From the NCBI GenBank assembly GCA_964016885.1, contig OZ024764.1:1426001-1490000 (forward strand): a stretch of 64,000 nt of DNA, in the 5' to 3' direction. Position 1 is the first letter of the stretch; the number at the start of each line of letters is the position of its first letter. This DNA is from Eledone cirrhosa (lineage: Eukaryota). Made by a program: the position numbers and the translations under genes. The notes beneath the pieces were generated by a model that was not told the origin of the DNA, did no database searches, and saw only the letters and a list, made by a program, of their open reading frames with translations. Positions 54,943-64,000 of the stretch are shown here, piece by piece.

Positions 54943-55257
54943 TAAATATGGTTTTATAAATATAGTTTCCATTTATTAATATCGTATATCTACTCCAAAT
55001 ACTTGTTGAGTGCTTTATATTAGTTATAAAATATTTACTTGTTGTATTCCAACAATTTAAATAGAACTTTTGCATATATATATATGTATATATGTTTGCG
55101 TGTGTGTATATATATATATGTGTATATGTGTGTCTGTATGTGTATATATTTGTCAGATATATATATGTGTGTCTGTGTGTCTATATCTGTATATGTGTGT
55201 GTGTGTATATATATATATTTACATATCTCTGTGTATATATGTATTTGTGTTTGTGTG

Positions 55258-55334
<77 letters not shown>

Positions 55335-55343
55335 AATGAATAA

Positions 55344-55787
55344 TATCAGGTAGACAAAGCATGTAACTGCCATCTACCTGAAAGATGTCCATTGCAGAAT
55401 GAATGCCTAAAGTCCAACATTGTTTACCAATGCACGGTTGAATCGGACGACCAGAAATGGTATTATATCGGATCTACCACCACATCGTTTAAATCTCGCT
55501 GGTACCGTCATCGATTCTCAATCAAACATCAGAATCACCGTTTTGTGACCACGCTCGCCAACAAGACCTGGCAACTCCGTGAACACAACCAACAGTTCAC
55601 CTTAAAATGGGATATACTTTCCAGCGCAAATGCATATCGGAGTGGTTTGAAGTACTGCAGGTTATGTAACCTTGAGCTATTTTACATACTAAAATCCAAA
55701 AATAAACTACTTAACGATAGAATTGAACGATCATTATACTGCAACCACAAACTAAAAGCTAAATTCTCTCACTATAAAATAACTTAA
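55344..55787 (+). pseudogene. PLE C-terminal GIY-YIG endonuclease fragment
   Basis: [15 protein letters not shown] (CxC-x5-C-x5-C), NIVY..YYIGST..FKSRW..H..W..CRLC..E..LLN..CNH. Confidence 0.85.
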
Positions 55788-56278
55788 CATTCGAACCCGT
55801 AACTACAACACCACTTTCTAGCTAACAACCCTCTCTTCCCCCCACACTACAAGACAATACACTGCTTATCACTATACATGGTAACTCAGTACAACTCCTA
55901 GAATACTACTACAAAACCAAAAGTTCACTCACCACACATATTTATCTGTCCCCTCTCTACCTATATATCTCTCTCTACATCCATTACACTCTCTCTCTCT
56001 CACCTTTGACCTACCTCCCTCTCAACGTTTATGAACCTGCCCTCTGGGGCAATAAATAATTCCGACCTCAACTATCTACGCATCTCTCCAAAAGTAACTA
56101 ATAAAACCCCTACCATAACATTTTGATTAAGATATCTACAAGCCACTCTCTCCCACTTCTCCAACCCCTGCATATCTTTCCTTCTCTCTCCTTCTTCCCT
56201 ACTTTTCTCTCTTCCTGTTCCACTCTATCTTCCCCAACAACCCCACTTAAGGGTTTTTACATTGTATATTTACCATTC

Positions 56279-56390
56279 TGCTCTGAGGAAACAGTGGTCA
56301 CAGCATTGGATATTCGAGTTCTGCAAATACTTGTGAATTTGCACGTAGCGGAACTAGGCTGCAGCACCACCATGGAAACACCTGTAAGCA
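56279..56390 (+). ncRNA. Hammerhead motif with long stem II in the PLE 3' region
   Basis: tgct-CTGAGGA-~85 nt structured-GAAA-c acct g-TA-agca. Confidence 0.65.
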
Positions 56391-56585
56391 CACGGAATAA
56401 ACTACCTTTTTATGATGTCTACCTGTTATTATTCATTCTTTATATACACTCCGGAATACTGAAGGATCAGGAACTAAGTTTCTTGAACAATTCTTCCATA
56501 ACTCGTAGAGTAACCTCTTACCGTACGTCAACCATATCCAGTGTAGTAATTAACCACCACTACATCTTGGATAATCCTATACCTA

Positions 56586-56622
<37 letters not shown>

Positions 56623-56812
56623 GGAATGAGTAGGACCCCGACGGCTGAGCTCAAGCCGTTTCGACGGATAATTCAGTCCAGAATTAGCCATCAAAACGGC
56701 TTCAGCTCAGCCGTCAGGGTCCTACTTGTTCCTATTACCCACTCTACTACCTTAAGTATTGAGTACTTTGATGCGTTATGGTCCACCTGGTTCCTTACCA
56801 CATTTCCTTTGT

Positions 56813-56814
<2 letters not shown>
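56623..56814 (+). mobile_element. Second copy of the palindrome-headed element
   Basis: Same ends as 44747-44944, more diverged. Confidence 0.85.
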
Positions 56815-56848
<34 letters not shown>

Positions 56849-57039
56849 ATAGTAAATATAAGCTATCGGCGTATTTTGACTAAAGAAATTAAAGAAATTA
56901 TTTAGCCTGATAGTGGGGTTAAGAACCCTCGGAGAAATGGAAAAAGATGAGTAATGACGTACATGGGAGTTATCCAGACCACTGTGCTACCATTTACACC
57001 AACACATCACCCATCTTTCTCCATTCAAATTAGAAGCTA

Positions 57040-57725
<686 letters not shown>

Positions 57726-58005
57726 TGTGTCTTCTAGAACCAACAAAGCCATCCAGTCCCGTTCCACCATTAACCGCTATCTCTCTGCTCTTCTTTATAA
57801 AGAACTTTCCGGTACTTTTATTCACCACAAGACACTTATTGCAACAACTACAACAGTCTCCTATGGAAAAAGGTCACACTACCAACCAATACCTGTCTGT
57901 CTGTTTGTCCCTGCCAGCCTCTATGTCTGTGTTGCTGTTTGATGGCCTGCTTAGCTATCTATCTATCTATCTATCTATATATATATATATTACCTATTTA
58001 TCTAT

Positions 58006-58244
58006 CCTTCTCTGTATACCATCCTGTAGGTAAAGAAGTAAAGGAGAGGGGAGCACCTTCTCCATGTGCTCCCCGGGCAAAGGATTGCACACTTTTTCGG
58101 GGGTGTGTGCAACCCCCATCACGTCCCCTCCCTTTTGAGGTTATTTTCGATTATTTTCATGTTACACCCTTTTTACTCGATTATATGTAAACTCCCCCTT
58201 TGTATTTGTCCCTTCTTTTTATGCCTTTATGGTAAATAAAGAAA
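58006..58244 (+). mobile_element. Tx1 3'-end copy A
   Basis: Matches 20284-20541; followed by (TCTA)n. Confidence 0.85.
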
Positions 58245-58268
58245 TCTATCTATCTATCTATCTATCTA

Positions 58269-58428
58269 CGGGGTATTAAACAACCCATTTATGGCGCCTC
58301 CCCCCTATTGGGGATTTCGATTGTTGAAATTGTTTGTTTTTATATTTTTTACACGACTGTATGTAAAATCCCCGGCATGTCTTTGTATTGTCCCCTTTCT
58401 TGTTGCGCCCTTGTGGCTAATAAAGAAA
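58269..58428 (+). mobile_element. Tx1 3'-UTR copy B
   Basis: Matches 20387-20541; followed by (TCTA)n. Confidence 0.8.
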
Positions 58429-58473
58429 TCTATCTATCTATCTATCTATATATATTACCTATCTATCTATCTA

Positions 58474-58519
<46 letters not shown>

Positions 58520-58550
58520 CATCTATCTATCTATCTATCTATCTATCTAT

Positions 58551-59710
58551 ATCTGCTGCCAACACCCTTCTAACGGAGGGCTGGGGATGCCGTGGTTGAC
58601 GATGCGTAAACACGCGCTCAGGCTGCGGCATCTCTATGTATTCCTCACCGGACAACCGGTGTGGGCCCCATTCGTGAGGCGAGCCTTCCCACGACTTGTC
58701 TCGCTGACCGAGCTGCAGTCCTGGGTCAAGCAAAGACCGAGGAAAATGGGCGACTGGCACATCGAATGTGCTCAGGCGCTCACAGCCCTCTGGCAGGCGG
58801 ACCCGGCAATCAGTGGAGACTCCACTTCGTCATTCTATAGAGGGTTGATCCGCAGCAAGTGCGACGACGTGCTCGGTGAAACTCTAGGCGTAGAGGAAGA
58901 CGAACTGGCCAGTCTGTTCGGTAGGACCTTCCGCCCGGCGAACGATGGACAACTTCCAAAAGTCCCTGGCCTGGCAGTGCTACCGAGGAGCTCTACCAGT
59001 TCGAGACATGCTCTACAGACATGGGCGCCCGGGCAGAGACCCTGCAAAAAAGATCTGTCCGAGGTGCGTGCGAGACGAAGAAACCGTTGCGCACGCATTC
59101 ATACACTGCCCGAGCATCACGAGACCTGTGGGGCTATGTAGAACGACTATTGTCGCGGGTGGGACCAATCCGGTTGACCACCGAGTCCATTGTCATGATC
59201 AAACCGCCACCCTCCTTCAAAAAAAAAGGAGAGGCAGTTTTCCTCTGTGTGATAGCTATGGCGAAAGAGGTTGTATGGTGGACAAGGTTGAAAGGGCTGA
59301 GGTCAGACACCTTTCTCTCAGGCCAACAACTGATTCTTTTTTTCAAATACCACTTTGGAAGAAGAATCAGGATGGAGAGAGAGGTGCTGTACCCCAGCAA
59401 GTTTTATGAAAGGTGGGTGAATGTGGCGAGAATGGCCCGAGTGAATGGGCCTTCTCTCTATATCAGCCTGTAGGTTGAGGAAAAGGAGGAGGAGAGGAAA
59501 GGAGTACAAACACTTCGTACTCCTGGAGATGAGGGTTGCACATTTTTTCGGGGGTATGTGTTACCCATATGAACTGTCTCCCCCTATTGGGGAAAATTGA
59601 CTAATTTTTAAATTGCATTTGTGATAACAGTTTACATGTTTTTATTGTATGTAAACTCCCCCCTTTGTATTTGTCCCCTTCTTTTGTGCCCCTGTGGCTA
59701 ATAAAGAAAC
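58551..59710 (+). mobile_element. Tx1 5'-truncated copy C (frameshifted ORF2 C-terminus plus 3' UTR)
   Basis: GGLGMPWL..CPRC..SLYISL*, highly similar to 19386-20543. Confidence 0.93.
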
Positions 59711-59801
59711 ATATCTATCCATCTATATATCTATCTGTCTATCTATCTATCTATCTTTGTTTGTTTTTATTCATTGTTTTTATTAATTTATATATATATA
59801 T

Positions 59802-59882
<81 letters not shown>

Positions 59883-59888
59883 CATGTG

Positions 59889-59955
<67 letters not shown>

Positions 59956-60055
59956 TAATAAAAACAATGAATAAAAACAAACAAAGATAGATAGATAGAT
60001 AGTTAATATATTTATATAGATGGATAGATATGTTTCTTTATTAGCCACAGGGGCA

Positions 60056-60351
60056 CAATCGAAAGGTTGTGAGTTCAATCCTCAGATCGGGTGATGTGTT
60101 GTTTCCTTGAGCAAGAGACTTTATTTCACATTGCTCCAGTTTACTCAGCTGTAGAAATGAGATGATAGGGACTGGGGTCCCTATCATTCCACTGCAAAGT
60201 GGTCGTGGAGGTGCCACGGCAAAAAAGCACCCAGTACTCACTGTAAATGAGGTTGGTGTTAGGAAGGGCATCCAGCTGTAGTAGAAATCAAGCCAGAATC
60301 AGTTCCCGTCCCACCCTTGCAAGCAGGGAAAAGTGGACGTAAAATGAAATG

Positions 60352-60352
<1 letters not shown>
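60056..60352 (+). mobile_element. SINE family B
   Basis: Matches 9066-9352. Confidence 0.85.
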
Positions 60353-60388
<36 letters not shown>

Positions 60389-60646
60389 AACATACAAAGG
60401 TAGATAGAGAGATATAACTATATATAACTTTGTAGCACTGAGATATGAATTTCGATGTTAAAGTCGTACTCATACCCATTCAGGGTTCTTTATTAAATCC
60501 TTTATTTTCTTGTAAGACTCTGAAGAGCTCAACTTGGGCGTAACATTTGTAAGAGCTTCTTATAAATATATGTTAACGGCTTGCTTCTCTTTCATCTATT
60601 TTTTTGATTATATATATAACTATATATATATATGTATATAACTATC

Positions 60647-60986
60647 ATCATCATCATCATTTCATTTTACGTCCGCTTTTCCCTGCTTGCAAGGGTGGGA
60701 CGGGAACTGATTCTGGCTTGATTTCTACAGCTGGATACCCTTCCTAACACCAACCTCATTTACAGTGAGTGCTGGGTGCTTTTTTGCCGTGGAACCTACA
60801 CGACCACTTTGCAGTGGAATGATAAGGACCTCAGTCCCTATCATCTCATTTCTACAGCTGAGTAAACTGAAGCAATATGAAATAAAGTGTCTTGCTCACG
60901 GAAACAACACACCACCCGGTCTGAGAATTGAACTCACAACCTTTCGATTGCAAGGTCAATGCTCTAACCACTAAGCCATGTGCCTC
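60647..60986 (-). mobile_element. SINE family B, near full length
   Basis: Head ggaggcacatggcttagtggttagagc; RTE-type tail with (GAT)n. Confidence 0.85.
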
Positions 60987-61170
60987 CATCTATATATATA
61001 TACACAGTTCAAGAGTAACCAATCTTAAAGAGAGAGATGGAGATATGAGAGGAGAGATTGGTGAGTTAGTTAGAAGCCAAAGCGTAAAGGCATGTGCTCA
61101 ATGTGCGATATGCAGTAGAAAGCAGCTAGGTGGCTGGGTTCATGCAGAAGTTAGGTGCGCAGAGCTGGAA

Positions 61171-61502
61171 ATATTCATTAGTTAAGCAAAACAAGACCAC
61201 AAACTTCACAAGGAAGACATTATTAAAAGATTGTCAACATATTTTAGTTTGATGTAAGGAATGTAGAGAATAATAATAATAATATGTTAATTATTTTCAA
61301 CTGAACCAGATCAATTATGATATATAGTCATCTGATCCATAAATATTATATGGAGTAGCGAAACAATTGTAAACGGACATTATTATTATTAATATTATTA
61401 TTATTATTCTCTACATTCCTTACATCAAACTAAAATATGTTGACAATCTTTTAATAATGTCTTCCTTGTGAAGTTTGTGGTCTTGTTTTGCTTAACTAAT
61501 GA

Positions 61503-61506
<4 letters not shown>
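61171..61506. repeat. ~120-bp inverted repeat ending at (TA)n; hammerhead 3' half in the spacer
   Basis: Near-perfect arms; GAAA-c aatt g-TA at ~61360. Confidence 0.85.
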
Positions 61507-61535
<29 letters not shown>

Positions 61536-61565
61536 AAAGCAATTTCTAAAATAGAATCCATGCAT

Positions 61566-61606
61566 TATTCCTGAAGAGATCGAAAGAATGAAACTTAAGT
61601 TGGATA
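61566..61606 (+). ncRNA. Compact hammerhead motif
   Basis: tattc-CTGAAGA-gatc gaaa gaat-GAAA-c ttaa g-TT-ggata. Confidence 0.65.
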
Positions 61607-62321
61607 GCAATAACATATATACCTACATATATATATATGTATGTATATATCGTCATATATATATATATATATAAACATATATATATATAAATATATATAT
61701 ATAAACATATATATATATATAAATATATATATATATACATGCACATATATATATATATATATGATGGCTGCCCCCTCGTTATCGAGTATGGCCATTGCAC
61801 GATATACCATTATCAATAATTATCAATTAATTCTATTGTGCAATACCTGTGCGTGAAGATATGTTTTAAAGTGAGGAAAGACTGTGCACTGAGCCAATCC
61901 CACTGAGAGACAGTAGCTATAACCTGAGAAGAAGAAAAGATCAACATCATCTGTAACTACTGAGCTGCAGGTTTTATATGGGAGTTATCCCAGTTTCCTG
62001 AGTTGCCTTCTCCTAGAAAAAGGCCCTGACAAAGGCTAGGGGTCCTTCACTCCCAGTGGTTTAACCGCGCGATCAGGTGTCCAGCCCGATTATTTCTATG
62101 TCCCCGCGCATGTACATACACATGCACCCATGTATATACACATATATATATATACATACATATGTGTATATACATATTTACATACTTTTGGATGGCCGTT
62201 GACTCTTATGAGATCTTCCGCCCTTTGTCAGGTTTTGTTTTTTGTCCTGCAGGGTGTCCAAATCACCCTCCTCCCCAAGTAAACTTGGTGGGGTTGCCGG
62301 TTTAGTATATATATACATACA

Positions 62322-62355
<34 letters not shown>

Positions 62356-62369
62356 CATAAATATGAATA

Positions 62370-62401
<32 letters not shown>

Positions 62402-62468
62402 AATATATAAATATGAATAAATATATATATATAAATATATATATAAATATATAAATATATATATATAT

Positions 62469-63069
62469 AAATATTGTTATACTTGGGGAGGGTCATATTT
62501 GTGTAATATTGCCAGAATTAATAACAGAACACACTCACTAAGGGAAGTATAAATAAATAGATAAATAAATAAATAAATACATACACAAGCACAATAACAA
62601 CAAACACATATAAACACACACTAGTAAAGATAGAATACATTAATCAATACACAGTCACCCAATCACGAACACACATCAAACAAAACACTATACACACACC
62701 CAAACGCATGCGTAAAGAAGACAAAATAAAATAAAATAAACTAATAAATAAATATATAAACAGACTAAATAAAGATGGCGTAGAAAATACAATGCAACGG
62801 GAGGAATCTATAGCACCACTGACGATGTTGCAGATGTGCAACGAAAGAACTTTGATAAACTATATATATATGTGTTTGTGTCTATATTGTATCTGTATTA
62901 TTTTTGACCGTTGGTCAGTCAATGGCAACATTGAGGACCGAATAAATTAGATTACCGATATAAAAGACACAGAAGCGAAAAGCGAAAACCAACCAAGCAG
63001 TGAGTGTGTTCTGTTATTAATTCTGGCAATATTACACAAATATGACCCTCCCCAAGTATAACAATATTT
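62469..63069. repeat. 71-bp inverted repeats around ~460 bp; possible degenerate hammerhead at 62819-62855
   Basis: Arms at 62469-62539 and 62999-63069; CTGACGA-t-gttgca gatg tgcaac-GAAA. Confidence 0.75.
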
Positions 63070-63141
63070 GTTTCGACACACGATTTCATATAAAAAACCT
63101 CGCAAATCTAATTCATCGCCGTTATATATATATATTTATAT

Positions 63142-63476
63142 ACCCGACCTCCCATGGGTACAAGCTGAAGCATATAGACAATATGCCCCCACACCCTCCC
63201 ACAGCAAAGTGGCCGTGGAGGTGCCACGGCAAAAAAGCACCCAGCCCACACTGTAAAGTGGACGTGTAGGCCCCACGGAAAAAAGCACCCAGCACTCACT
63301 GTAAATGAGGTTGGTGTTAGGAAGGGCATCCAGCTGTAGAAATCAAGCCAAAATCAGTTCCTGTATGAGCAAGACATGGTCAGCCGACCAGACACTGCCT
63401 ACAACAGGACAACCCGTCTAACCCATGCTAGCATGGAAGAACGGACGTAAAACGGTGATGATGATGGTGATGATGA
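63142..63476 (+). mobile_element. RTE 3'-UTR fragment
   Basis: Reverse complement of 50833-51140; (GAT)n tail. Confidence 0.88.
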
Positions 63477-64000
63477 TATAAATATATAAATATATATATA
63501 AATGTATAAATAAATATATATATATAAATATATAAATATATAAATATATATATAAATATATAAATATATATATAAATATATAAATAATATAAATATATAT
63601 ATATAAATATATAAATATATATATAAATATATAAATATATATATAAATATATAAATATATATATATATAAATATATATATATTATAAGACAGATTAAAGT
63701 ATTATTATTATAAATATATATATATATATCTCTCATTATCATACATATATATATATATATGTATATGATGGTGATATATATATATATATATGATGATAAT
63801 GATATATATATATATATATATACATACATGTACACATATGTTTCTATGATAATCAATATATTTGTTAATTGATTTTCTTCATGAAATATTAACTGTATAA
63901 TTACATGCACATTGTATTTTTGTATACATTTATATATATATATATATATATTTGTATATATATATATTTGTATATGTGTCTATATACATATATATATATA

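Larger units (their letters stand above)
55331..56587 (+). mobile_element. 5'-truncated Penelope-like element (Naiad-like) flanked by (TA)n
   Basis: GIY-YIG ORF, long 3' region containing a hammerhead, (TA)n on both sides. Confidence 0.8.

Noticed and set aside
60516-60557. Hammerhead-like CTGAAGA-gctc..gggc-GTAA-c attt g-TA
   Set aside because: GAAA is mutated and stem I is mostly unpaired; counted only as a decayed remnant
61975-62305. GC-richer segments resembling LINE UTR pieces
   Set aside because: Probably interspersed repeats, but single-copy here with no diagnostic motif, so no family can be assigned

Overview
Repeat-saturated eukaryotic DNA, not prokaryotic. The (TA)n/(CAC)n load and the SINE/LINE repertoire suggest an invertebrate, probably a cephalopod such as Octopus (inference, not proven). 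Most predicted ORFs are artefacts of micro- and minisatellites. Supported content: (1) a near full-length L1/Tx1 retrotransposon (14903-20543; intact 1145-aa ORF2, frameshifted CCHC ORF1) inside a 72-bp satellite that is itself the expanded interior of a TTAA-flanked piggyBac-like MITE, plus truncated Tx1 copies stacked in (TCTA)n and (TTA)n tracts. (2) A dense cluster (about 44.7-63 kb) of minimal type-I hammerhead ribozyme motifs in short (TA)n-flanked, often fold-back, Penelope-like pLTR units, with a Naiad-like GIY-YIG element. (3) RTE and CR1 fragments, tRNA-derived SINEs, and a Helitron > Merlin > SINE nest. (4) Four or five satellites traceable to transposon parts. (5) One candidate host exon (4509-6252) encoding a signal-peptide-like segment, six GLY[H/R]KV modules and a His/Gln tract. 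All calls come from manual reading; no database searches or folding programs were run.
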